From Actinomycetes bacterium (GTDB lineage: Bacteria > Actinomycetota > Acidimicrobiia > IMCC26256), in contig JBJTOY010000062.1 in the NCBI GenBank assembly GCA_046074845.1, positions 2,733 to 66,732 of the forward strand: a stretch of DNA of 64,000 nt. The letters are read 5' to 3'. A program made the translations under genes and the position numbers. Of the stretch, positions 1 through 8,720 are shown one piece after another. How positions within the stretch are numbered: position 1 is the stretch's first letter; the number at the start of each line of letters is the position of its first letter. Under the pieces are notes generated by a model that was given only the letters and a program-made list of their open reading frames with translations, made no database searches and was not told the origin of the DNA.

Positions 1-1
1 G

Positions 2-58
2 GAGGGCGACATCGTGCGCATCGGCGGGGTCGAGCTCGAGTACGTGGAGGGCTTCTAG
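2..58 (+). CDS. obgE: 3' end of GTPase Obg (partial)
   Basis: Frame 2 reads EGDIVRIGGVELEYVEGF*, resembling the Obg C-terminal GDxVxIG..E motif. It abuts proB, the usual actinobacterial obg-proB order. Confidence 0.7.
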   Translation, partial: EGDIVRIGGVELEYVEGF

Positions 59-1156
59 GTGGGCGTGCGTGCGGTCATCAAGGTGGGCACCTCCTCGGTC
101 ACGACCGAGCGCGGCGACCTCGACCTCGGCGCGCTCTCGAAGCTCGCCGACGAACTCGCGGCGGCACGCGCCGAGGGCCACGAGCCGGTCCTCGTGCTCT
201 CCGGTGCGATCGCCGCGGGGCTGCCGGCCCTCGGCTTCGACACGCGTCCCTCCGACATCCGCACGCTGCAGGCGATCGCTGCGGTGGGCCAGCCACTCCT
301 CGTGGAGCGCCTCCGCGGGCTCCTCGGCGCACACGGCATCGTGCCGGGCCAGGTGCTCCTCGATCCGTACGACTTCGGGCAGCGGTCCCAGTACCTGCAC
401 GCGCGCGAGACGCTGCTGCGGCTCCTCGAACTCGGCGTGATCCCGGTCGTCAACGAGAACGACACGGTGGCCGACGACGAGATCCGGTTCGGGGACAACG
501 ACCGCATCGCCGCGCTCGTCGCCAACATGATCGGGGCCGAGGCGCTCGTGCTGCTCACCGACACCGACGGTCTCTACACGGCGGATCCGCGCCTCGATGC
601 CGACGCCTCGCTCATCGAGGAGATCGTGTCGGTCGACGCCGAGCTCGAGGCGGTGGCCGGCGGTGCGGGATCGGCCCGGGGGAGCGGGGGCATGGCCTCG
701 AAGCTGGCCGCGGCGAAGATCGCGTCCTGGTCGGGGGTGCGCACGGTCATCGCGGCGACCTCCACCGACGGCGTGATCGCGGCGGCCCTCGACGGGCGTG
801 GCGTCGGCACCACGGTGCAGCCGCGGGCCGATCGGCTGAGCGGGCGCAAGCTGTGGATCGCGTTCGCTCGCCCGTCGAGCGGGCACATCGTCGTGGACGC
901 GGGTGCACGGCGGGCCCTGGCCTCGGGCGGCCGTTCGCTCCTGCCCGCCGGCGTCCGGTCGGTGGACGGGGACTTCGAGGTGGACGCGGCGGTCGACATC
1001 GTCGGTCCGGACGGCCGCACCTTCGCCAAGGGCCTCACGCGGCTCGACAGCGCCGCGATCCGTGCCGTGGCCGGGCGGCGCACCGCCGACCTGCCCGAGG
1101 GGCTGCCCGGTGAGGTGGTCCACGCCGACGACCTCGTCGTGGTGCCCGAGGCCTGA
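59..1156 (+). CDS. proB: Glutamate 5-kinase
   Basis: VIKVGTSS, NENDTV, FGDNDRIAA, GSGGMASKL motifs and a C-terminal PUA domain (SLLPAGV). Confidence 0.97.
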   Translation: MGVRAVIKVGTSSVTTERGDLDLGALSKLADELAAARAEGHEPVLVLSGAIAAGLPALGFDTRPSDIRTLQAIAAVGQPLLVERLRGLLGAHGIVPGQVLLDPYDFGQRSQYLHARETLLRLLELGVIPVVNENDTVADDEIRFGDNDRIAALVANMIGAEALVLLTDTDGLYTADPRLDADASLIEEIVSVDAELEAVAGGAGSARGSGGMASKLAAAKIASWSGVRTVIAATSTDGVIAAALDGRGVGTTVQPRADRLSGRKLWIAFARPSSGHIVVDAGARRALASGGRSLLPAGVRSVDGDFEVDAAVDIVGPDGRTFAKGLTRLDSAAIRAVAGRRTADLPEGLPGEVVHADDLVVVPEA

Positions 1157-1227
1157 GGCGGCCCCGGTTCCCACCCAGCGCGCGAGGGTTCCCACGGCGG
1201 CCCCACGAACCGTCCGAGATCGCGGCG

Positions 1228-1272
1228 TTGACGCAGCCTTGACTTGCCCGGGGGTGTGCCCGGGGTCACAAT
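1228..1272 (+). promoter_or_regulatory. Putative promoter with tandem TTGAC boxes
   Basis: TTGCCC (1244-1249)-17 nt-CACAAT (1267-1272). TTGAC is repeated at 1228 and 1239 (11-bp period). Confidence 0.45.
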
Positions 1273-1278
1273 GACCTC

Positions 1279-1390
1279 GGATCGCTCGCCCGCCGGAACG
1301 GGGGGAGGGTCCGGTGGCGACATCGGACCCACGGTGGGAAGAGCGCCGACGAGGGGCCGAGGCGTACGCCCAGCCCCTCGTCGCGTCTCC
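1279..1390 (+). ncRNA. Candidate structured small RNA (unassigned family)
   Basis: 10-bp stem with GCGA tetraloop (1307-1330), enclosed by CCCGCCG/CGGTGGG (1289-1295/1332-1338), followed by a perfect 11-bp hairpin (1347-1357/1373-1383). Lies just downstream of a promoter-like sequence in a ~380-bp intergenic gap. Confidence 0.45.
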
Positions 1391-1535
1391 GGGCGCCGTC
1401 GCCGGTGTCGCCGAACGCCGCAGACTCCTCCGTCGTGCGCCCGGAAGCACTCGCGCGCGAGGGCGGCACCGTCCTCGCCGGTGCGGCGGGAACCGTTGGA
1501 GGGCGTCCGCAGGCCCACCACTACACTCCGCCCCC

Positions 1536-2792
1536 ATGTCCCGCCCCGCCTCGGTCACCGACCTCGGGCGTCGGGCCCGGGACGCCGCCCGGGTCCTGGC
1601 GACCGCCAGCACCGGTCTCAAGAACGACGCCCTCCGCGCCGCCGCGGAGCACCTCGAGGCCCACGCGGCCGCGATCCGGGAGGCCAACGCGGCCGACCTC
1701 GCGGCGGCCGAGGCCGACGGCATGGGGGCGGGTCCGCTCGACCGCCTGCGCCTGACCGATGCCCGCCTCGCCGCGATGGCCGCCGGACTCCGGCAGGTGG
1801 CGGGCCTCCCCGATCCCGTCGGCGAGGTCATCGACGGCTGGAGGCGCCCGAACGGCCTCGAGATCTCCCGGGTGCGGGTGCCCCTCGGCGTGGTCGCGAT
1901 CATCTACGAGAACCGACCGAACGTCACCTCGGACGCCGCCGGCATCTGCCTGAAGTCCGGCAACGCCGCGATCCTCCGGGGCTCGGGCACGGCCCTGCGT
2001 TCGAACCTCGCGGTGGCCGCGGCGCTCCGGGCGGGTTTCGCCGCCGCGGGCCTGCCCGAGGACTGCCTCGTCCTCGTGGACGACCCCTCCCACGAGTCGG
2101 CGGTCGGGGTCATGCAGCTCACCGAGTACGTCGACTGCCTCATCCCGCGCGGTGGACCGGCGCTCATCCAGAGCATCCGGGACAACGCGACCGTGCCGGT
2201 CATCATCGACGGCGACGGCAACTGCCACGTGGTCGTGGATGCGGCCGCCGACCTCGACCGGGCAGCGGCCATCGTCATGAACGCGAAGACCCAGCGGACG
2301 AGCGTGTGCAACGCGGCCGAGTCGCTCGTGGTGCACGCCGCGATCGCCGACGAGTTCCTGCCCCGCATCGCCGCCGACCTGCAGTCGGCGGGCGTCCGCC
2401 TCGTCGGCGACGCCGCGGCCCGGGCGATCGTCGGGTCGATCGAGCCCGCCACGGAGGAGGACTTCAGCCGCGAGTTCCTCGACCTCGAGATGAGCGTGGC
2501 GATCGCCCCCGACCTGGGTGCGGCCATCGACCACGTGAACCGGCACGGCTCCGGGCACACCGAGGCGATCGTCACCGCCGACCTCGACGCGGCCCGCCGC
2601 TTCACCCGTGAGGTCGACGCCGCCGCGGTCATCGTCAACGCATCCACGCGCTTCACCGACGGCGAGGAGTTCGGCTTCGGGGCCGAGATCGGCATCTCGA
2701 CCCAGAAGCTCCACGCCCGCGGCCCCATGGGCCCGCGGGAACTGACCACCTACAAGTACGTCGTCTGGGGCGACGGTCACGTGAGGACCTGA
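1536..2792 (+). CDS. proA: Gamma-glutamyl phosphate reductase
   Basis: VPLGVVAIIYENRPNVT, GNCH, VCNAAES, GAEIGISTQKLHARGPMG. Start set at MSRP (1536), 8 nt after TACACT. Confidence 0.97.
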   Translation: MSRPASVTDLGRRARDAARVLATASTGLKNDALRAAAEHLEAHAAAIREANAADLAAAEADGMGAGPLDRLRLTDARLAAMAAGLRQVAGLPDPVGEVIDGWRRPNGLEISRVRVPLGVVAIIYENRPNVTSDAAGICLKSGNAAILRGSGTALRSNLAVAAALRAGFAAAGLPEDCLVLVDDPSHESAVGVMQLTEYVDCLIPRGGPALIQSIRDNATVPVIIDGDGNCHVVVDAAADLDRAAAIVMNAKTQRTSVCNAAESLVVHAAIADEFLPRIAADLQSAGVRLVGDAAARAIVGSIEPATEEDFSREFLDLEMSVAIAPDLGAAIDHVNRHGSGHTEAIVTADLDAARRFTREVDAAAVIVNASTRFTDGEEFGFGAEIGISTQKLHARGPMGPRELTTYKYVVWGDGHVRT

Positions 2793-2793
2793 C

Positions 2794-3690
2794 ATGGCCG
2801 AACGCTTCGCATCCGTGCCCGATGTCGTCGAGCGGCTCCGCGGGGTCGACTACCTCGCCGACACCGACATCGCCGGGGTCGTGTTCCTCGCGGACCGGCT
2901 CGAGAAGCCGGTCCTCGTCGAGGGGCCGGCCGGTGTCGGCAAGACCGAACTCGCCAAGGCGGTGGCCGAGGTCACCGGCTCGCGACTCATCCGCCTCCAG
3001 TGCTACGAGGGTCTCGACGAGGCCAAGGCGCTCTACGAGTGGAACTACAAGAAGCAGCTGCTTCGCATCCAGGCCGATCGCGAGCACGAACGTGACTGGG
3101 CGACCGTCGAGACCGACATCTTCTCGGATTCGTTCCTCCTCGAGCGTCCCCTGCTCGAGGCGATCCGCTCCGAGGACCCGGTGGTGCTCCTCATCGACGA
3201 GGTCGACCGGGTCGAGGTCGAGACCGAGGCGCTGCTCCTCGAGGTCCTCTCCGACTTCCAGGTCTCCATTCCCGAACTCGGCACGATCACGGGTCGGCAA
3301 CGGCCGATCGTGATGCTCACCTCCAACAACACCCGCGAGCTCTCCGAGGCCTTGAAGCGCCGGTGCCTCTTCCTGCACGTCGACTACCCGGACCTCGACC
3401 GCGAGCGGGAGATCATCCGGGTGCGGGTGCCCGAGATCGATGAGCGACTCGCCGAACAGGTCGCCCAGGTCGCGCGCACGATCCGTGGTCTCGACATCAA
3501 GAAGGCCCCGTCGATCTCGGAGACGATCGACTGGGCCCGCACGCTGCTCTACCTCGGTCACAACGAGATCGATCCCGAGGTCATCGGGGAGACGTTGCAC
3601 GTGCTGCTGAAGTACCAGACCGACATCGCCAAGGCGCGCAAGGAACTCGGGGTCGACGGCGGACCGTCGATCGGTCCGAAGCGCACGTGA
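2794..3690 (+). CDS. MoxR-family AAA+ ATPase (CoxD-like)
   Basis: Walker A EGPAGVGKT, RLQCYEG, Walker B LLIDEVD, LSEALKRRC. Confidence 0.9.
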   Translation: MAERFASVPDVVERLRGVDYLADTDIAGVVFLADRLEKPVLVEGPAGVGKTELAKAVAEVTGSRLIRLQCYEGLDEAKALYEWNYKKQLLRIQADREHERDWATVETDIFSDSFLLERPLLEAIRSEDPVVLLIDEVDRVEVETEALLLEVLSDFQVSIPELGTITGRQRPIVMLTSNNTRELSEALKRRCLFLHVDYPDLDREREIIRVRVPEIDERLAEQVAQVARTIRGLDIKKAPSISETIDWARTLLYLGHNEIDPEVIGETLHVLLKYQTDIAKARKELGVDGGPSIGPKRT

Positions 3691-3748
3691 TCGGATCCGC
3701 ACCATGGCGCGCGACGCGATGTTCACGTCGCCGAGGCTGGGCGAGGTC

Positions 3749-5245
3749 ATGAGTCGCAACACGTTCCAGATGCCCCCCGGGGTGGTCGGCACCGGTCGCC
3801 TCGTGGACGTGCTCCAGGGCTTCGTGCACGAACTCCGGGCCGCCGGTCTGCCGGTCTCGATGACCGAGAACATCGACGCCATGCGCGCGGTCGAGTTCGT
3901 CTCGATGGAGGATCGCGAGGCGCTCAAGTCGGTGCTCGGGGCCACCCTCGTGAAGCAGCACCGACACTGGCAGGCGTTCGAGACCGTGTTCGAGGTCTAC
4001 TTCGCCATGTACAGCCCCGGCATCGGTGGTGACGACGACACCCCCGGGAGCGGTGACGAGGAGGCGGGCGAGACCCCGCCCGGTGGCGGCGCGGGTGACC
4101 AGCCGGGCGGCGGAGGCGGCGGCGAGGGCGTCAGCAACGAGGATCTCGCGCAGATGCTCATGCAGGCGCTCATGCGGGCCGACGAGCAGATGCAGCGCAA
4201 CCTTGCGGCGCTCGCGGTCACGCGCTTCGCCGGCATGGAGCCCGGGCGTCCCGTGGGGGGCACCTACTACCTCTACCGCACGCTGCGGCAGCTCGATCTC
4301 GAGGCGCTGGCGGCCCGCATGATGCAGGCCGCGCAGGAGGCGGGCGACGTGCCCGAGGGTGACCCCCTCGCGGAGCGGTTCGCCGCCGAGGAGCAGCAGT
4401 CGCGCATCAAGAAGTTCCGTGAGATGGTCGAGGCCGAGATCCGCAAGCGGCTCGTGGCCGACCGCGGGGTCGAGGCGATGGCGCGCACGCTGCGCAAGCC
4501 ACTCCCGGAGGACGTGGAGTTCATGCACGCCTCCCGGGAGGAGATGCACCAGCTCCAGCGGGCGATCGAGCCGCTCACGCGGGCGCTCGCCGCCCGGCTC
4601 GCGCAGCGCCGCAAGCGGCGTCGGCGCGGGCACCTCGACTTCCGCAGGACGGTGCGCCACTCGCTGTCCTACGGGGGCGTGCCGGTGGAGCCGAAGTTCC
4701 GCAACCCCCGGCCCTCGAAGCCGGACATCTTCGTGATCGCCGACATCTCGGGGTCCGTGGCCTCGTTCGCCCGGTTCACCCTGCAGTTCGTCTACGCCAT
4801 GGCCGGACAGTTCTCGAAGGTCCGGTCCTGGGTGTTCATCGACGGCATCGACGAGGTCACGCGGTTCTTCGACGAGGCCGACGAGATCACCGAGGCGGTG
4901 CACCGGGTGAACACCGAGGCCGATGTGGTGTGGGTCGACGGGCACTCCGACTACGGGCACGCGTTCGAGATCTTCCGCGATCGGCACCTGCGCGAGGTCA
5001 CGTCGAAGACGACGGTGATCATCCTCGGCGACGCACGCAACAACTACCACGCGTCCCAGGCCGCGGTGCTCAAGGAGATCCGCGAGCGGGCCCGCAAGAT
5101 GTTCTGGCTCAACCCCGAGCCGAAGGGCTACTGGAACACCGGCGACTCGATCGTCGGCGAGTACGGCGTCCACTGCGATGGCGTCTTTGAGTGCCGCAAC
5201 CTCCGCCAACTCGAGCGCTTCGTCGCCTCGAGCGTCGACGTCTGA
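3749..5245 (+). CDS. VWA-domain protein, CoxE-like
   Basis: LDFRRTVR, MIDAS-like DISGS, GHSDYG, GDARNNY, WLNPEP. Paired with the MoxR ATPase. Start uncertain (3704 or 3749). Confidence 0.85.
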   Translation: MSRNTFQMPPGVVGTGRLVDVLQGFVHELRAAGLPVSMTENIDAMRAVEFVSMEDREALKSVLGATLVKQHRHWQAFETVFEVYFAMYSPGIGGDDDTPGSGDEEAGETPPGGGAGDQPGGGGGGEGVSNEDLAQMLMQALMRADEQMQRNLAALAVTRFAGMEPGRPVGGTYYLYRTLRQLDLEALAARMMQAAQEAGDVPEGDPLAERFAAEEQQSRIKKFREMVEAEIRKRLVADRGVEAMARTLRKPLPEDVEFMHASREEMHQLQRAIEPLTRALAARLAQRRKRRRRGHLDFRRTVRHSLSYGGVPVEPKFRNPRPSKPDIFVIADISGSVASFARFTLQFVYAMAGQFSKVRSWVFIDGIDEVTRFFDEADEITEAVHRVNTEADVVWVDGHSDYGHAFEIFRDRHLREVTSKTTVIILGDARNNYHASQAAVLKEIRERARKMFWLNPEPKGYWNTGDSIVGEYGVHCDGVFECRNLRQLERFVASSVDV

Positions 5246-5252
5246 CGCGCGT

Positions 5253-5864
5253 TCAGTCGGCCGGGCGCTCCATGCACCACACCTGCGGTGCCGTGCCGGT
5301 CGGCTGCGCCATGTGGAGGCTGACGTCGAAGCGGTGCCGTCCGTAGAAGGGCAGGTTCCGCTCCTTCTCGGTCTCGAGGTAGCAGGGCAGCCCCTCGGCG
5401 TCGGCCGCGGCGAGGCCCGGCGCGATGAGCAGGGAGCCGAGACCGGAGCCGCGCCGACTCGGCTCGACGCCGATCGACACGAGGTACCAGTGCTCGTCCT
5501 TCGTGTGCACCTTGGCGACCGCGGCCTGGTACCGCAGCGACCGGACGAGCGAGGCCGGCGCGAACGGGGCGAGGGCGAGGATCGGGAGCGAGGCGCGCAG
5601 GTCACGCGCCCCCGACACCGGGTAGGCGCCCGGCGGGAGCCAGACCGCGGCACCCACGATCCGCCCGCCGTCCTCGGCCACCCAGACCCGACCGTTCCGG
5701 AACGCGTCGCGTGCGCCGGCGCCGAAGAACACGCGCAGGGCTATCGGGCGCATCAACCGGATCGGGAGAATCCACTCGGTGATCGGCGAGTCGTAGAACG
5801 CGGCGCCGAGCACGCGGCCGACGGCGCGCATGTCCGTCCGGCGGGCTTCGCGGATGTCGACCAC
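5253..5864 (-). CDS. GNAT-family N-acetyltransferase
   Basis: HWYLVSIGVEPSRRGSGLGS acetyl-CoA motif, CYLET..NLPFY..F. Confidence 0.88.
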   Translation of the reverse strand: MVDIREARRTDMRAVGRVLGAAFYDSPITEWILPIRLMRPIALRVFFGAGARDAFRNGRVWVAEDGGRIVGAAVWLPPGAYPVSGARDLRASLPILALAPFAPASLVRSLRYQAAVAKVHTKDEHWYLVSIGVEPSRRGSGLGSLLIAPGLAAADAEGLPCYLETEKERNLPFYGRHRFDVSLHMAQPTGTAPQVWCMERPAD

Positions 5865-5955
5865 GGCGTGAGGTTAGGGGATCGCGCCCCGGCGCGACGT
5901 GGCCCGGGGGAGGCGCGCGTGCGCTCGGTGGGCGAGCGTGACGACCCGGTGCGGG

Positions 5956-7308
5956 TCAGACGCCGCGTCGCGCGCGGTACTCGGCGATCGCCTCGTGGTG
6001 GTCGAGGATCGGTTCGGGGTAGCCGACGGCGGCGCGCTCGAGCGGGCCGAGCGTGTGCACCGCGCCACCGCCGGGCACGTCGGCGAGTTCGGCCACGTAG
6101 CGACGCACGTAGACGCCCTTCGGATCGAAGCGTTGCCCCTGCACCGTCGGGTTGAAGATGCGGTGTGGGTTCGTATCGGTCCCGGTCCCCGCCGTCCACT
6201 GCCAGTTGAGGTTGTTGTTCGCGAGATCCCCGTCGGTGAGCCACTCGAGGAAGTGGCGCGCCCCGACCCGCCAGTCGATCCCGAGGTCCTTGGTGAGGAA
6301 GGAGGCCACGATCATGCGGGCGCGGTTGTGCATGTACCCCTCGTGGAGCAGCTGGCGCATCGCCGCGTCGACCACCGGGAACCCGGTCCGGCCCTCCTTC
6401 CACGCCGCGAGGCCGGCCTCGTCCTCGATCCAGGGATCGTTGCGATCCTTGAAGTCGGCCCAGGACGCATCGGGTCGGGCCGCGAGGACCTGGTGGTAGA
6501 AGTCGCGCCAGCACAACTGTCGGATCCACGGCTCCGCGCCGTCCCGGCCCTGCGCGCCGAGGGCGAGCTCCAGCGGGGACAGGCACCCGAGGTGGAGGTA
6601 CGGCGCGATCTGGGAGGTCGCGGCGCCCGGGAGGTCGTCGTGCGCATCGCCGTAGCCAGCGAGCCCGGTGCGCCGCCACGCCGTGAACCGGGCCCGGGCC
6701 ACGGTCTCGCCGCCGGGGACCCGGGCGGGGGAGGTCGGACCGGCGCCGAGGTCGGCGAGCGTCGGGATCGGGCCGGGTTCGAGACCATCGACCCACGGGA
6801 TCCGTCTCGGTGTCGGAGCCACCGTGCGCCACGGTGCCGCGAGCCACTGCCGGTAGTACGGCGTGAAGACCTTGAAGTGGTCGCCGCCGGTCGGGCGCAC
6901 CGCCCCGGCACCCAGGACGGTCACGCCGTCGTGGGCGCGGACCTCGACCCCGACCGCCGCGCCCGCGATCCGCAGGCGCTCGATCCGCCCCCGGGCGAAC
7001 GCACTCACATCCTCGGAGCAGTGCACGACGGAGGCCCCGGTGGCGGCGGCCACCCGCAGGATCTCCTCCTCCCACACACCCCGGCGCACGACGAGGGCGT
7101 TGCCGCGCGCTCGCAGTGACGCGTCGAGATCGGCGAGGGACTCGAGCAGGAACGCGGCGCGGTTCGCCGGGCGGAAGCCGACCCGGGCGACGCGCTCGTC
7201 CAGGACGAAGAGGACGACCACGGCGTCGTGCTCGGCGAGGGCCGCGGCGAGTGCCGGGTGGTCGTGGACCCGGAGGTCACGGGTGAGGGCGACGATGCCG
7301 ACGGTCAC
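5956..7308 (-). CDS. phrB: Deoxyribodipyrimidine photolyase
   Basis: RDLRVHDHPAL, W..GRTGFPVVDAAMRQL, GYMHNRARM, NWQW..GTG, RIFNP. Start likely GTG at 7308, 7 nt after TACGGT (ORF track gives 7317). Confidence 0.92.
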   Translation of the reverse strand: MTVGIVALTRDLRVHDHPALAAALAEHDAVVVLFVLDERVARVGFRPANRAAFLLESLADLDASLRARGNALVVRRGVWEEEILRVAAATGASVVHCSEDVSAFARGRIERLRIAGAAVGVEVRAHDGVTVLGAGAVRPTGGDHFKVFTPYYRQWLAAPWRTVAPTPRRIPWVDGLEPGPIPTLADLGAGPTSPARVPGGETVARARFTAWRRTGLAGYGDAHDDLPGAATSQIAPYLHLGCLSPLELALGAQGRDGAEPWIRQLCWRDFYHQVLAARPDASWADFKDRNDPWIEDEAGLAAWKEGRTGFPVVDAAMRQLLHEGYMHNRARMIVASFLTKDLGIDWRVGARHFLEWLTDGDLANNNLNWQWTAGTGTDTNPHRIFNPTVQGQRFDPKGVYVRRYVAELADVPGGGAVHTLGPLERAAVGYPEPILDHHEAIAEYRARRGV

Positions 7309-7370
7309 GGTCGGCACCGTAGCGACGGGAGCGCGCGGGGACCCACCCGGAGCCGGCGGGGTGGGCCGGC

Positions 7371-8054
7371 TCAGCCGGCCGGGGTGAGGAGGGCGAGCAT
7401 CCGGGCGGCGATCCGGACGAGGCGGAGCAGCTGGAGCCGCTCGCGCTGGCGGAATGCGTGGCCGTCCCGCCCGACGAGGAGCACCACGTCGGTGTCGGGG
7501 AGCGCGGCCACGGCGAGGTCCGCCGGCCCGGCGTCACCGCGCAGCACCGCCGGCGACTCGCTCGCTCCTGCGGCGTAGGCGGCGAGGGTCTGCACCGGTG
7601 GGGTGGGGCCGTCGCCGAGCGCGAGGCGACCGTCCACGAGGACCGCGGTCCAGTCGGCGAGGAACTCGCCCCGCGTGTGGGTGGCGAGACGACGCCACAG
7701 GTCGTCGATCGAACCGGCCTCGCAGATCATGACGGCGGAGTCGAGGGCGTCGACCCGCGGGTCGGGGAACGCGCCGACGCGCCGTACCTCCTCGACCGAG
7801 ACGCCGTCGACCTGTTCGATCTCGCGGACGAGGAGCGGGATCGTCGCGGCGTCGGGGAGGGCCACCGCGAACTCGTCCACTGCGACCCCGTCGCCGGTCT
7901 CGAGCACGTCGATGCCGACGATGTCGCCGCGCATCGCACCGATCCGGGACGCGACGAGGCCGAGCGCACCGGGGCGGTCCGGGAGCCAGACCCTGATGAG
8001 CGCGTGGACGGCCGGCGTGCGGTCGGGCTCGGGGACGGGTTCGACCAGGCTCAT
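7371..8054 (-). CDS. ACT-domain protein with GAF-like C-terminal region
   Basis: IRVWLPDRPGALGLVASRIG...DIVGIDVL is an ACT signature. Start taken at MSLVEP. Confidence 0.7.
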   Translation of the reverse strand: MSLVEPVPEPDRTPAVHALIRVWLPDRPGALGLVASRIGAMRGDIVGIDVLETGDGVAVDEFAVALPDAATIPLLVREIEQVDGVSVEEVRRVGAFPDPRVDALDSAVMICEAGSIDDLWRRLATHTRGEFLADWTAVLVDGRLALGDGPTPPVQTLAAYAAGASESPAVLRGDAGPADLAVAALPDTDVVLLVGRDGHAFRQRERLQLLRLVRIAARMLALLTPAG

Positions 8055-8141
8055 GACGTCCACGGTACGGAACGGCCGGACCCGAAGGATGTCGGAACCG
8101 TTACGGCGGGGTGAACGGGGGCGGCGTCTAGCCTCGGTGGC

Positions 8142-8720
8142 GTGGCGGAGCGGGTCGGCGTGTACGGGGGCACCTTCGACCCGATCCACGTCGGCCACGT
8201 GGCGGCGGCCCGGGCCGTGCGCGAGCACCTCGGTCTCGACCGCGTCCTCGTCGTCCCCGCCGGTGACCCCTGGCAGAAGCGGGGGCGGGTCGTGGCCACG
8301 CCGGCCGAGCGCCTCGAGATGGCGCGCCTGGCGGTCGAGGGGGTCGAGGGACTCGAGGTCAGCGACGTGGAGGTGCGGCGGGACGCGGCGTCGGTCACCG
8401 CGGACACGCTCGAGGCCCTCGCGGCGCCCGGACGCGTGCTCTACCTCGTCCTCGGGGCCGACGCCGTGGCGAACATGGGAACGTGGCGACGGCTCGAGGA
8501 CACCCGCGACCTCGCCACCGTCGTGGTGGTCGAACGGGAGGGGGAGCGGGCAGATCCCCCGGGGCCGGGATGGCGGGTTGAGCACGTGCCGATCCCGCGC
8601 ATCGACGTGTCGTCGACGGCGGTCCGCGAGCGCATCGCCGCGGGCGCGCCGATCGACGACCTCGTGCCGGCGGCGACCGCGCACTACCTCGCCGATCGGG
8701 GCATCTACACTCGCCGGTGA
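8142..8720 (+). CDS. nadD: Nicotinate-nucleotide adenylyltransferase
   Basis: GVYGGTFDPIHVGH, GAD, VSST..RER. Confidence 0.95.
   Translation: MAERVGVYGGTFDPIHVGHVAAARAVREHLGLDRVLVVPAGDPWQKRGRVVATPAERLEMARLAVEGVEGLEVSDVEVRRDAASVTADTLEALAAPGRVLYLVLGADAVANMGTWRRLEDTRDLATVVVVEREGERADPPGPGWRVEHVPIPRIDVSSTAVRERIAAGAPIDDLVPAATAHYLADRGIYTRR

Noticed and set aside
1244-1535. Extended proA N-terminus (start 1314) and ORFs 1244..2611 and 1266..1469
   Set aside because: The translations are low-complexity and Arg/Pro/Gly-rich. ProA homology starts at 1536 right after a -10 box, and the region is better explained as promoter plus structured RNA.
7318-7370. SigK-type promoter for photolyase
   Set aside because: No GATCC-N16/17-CGWA match upstream. 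A housekeeping-type TACGGT box explains the start.
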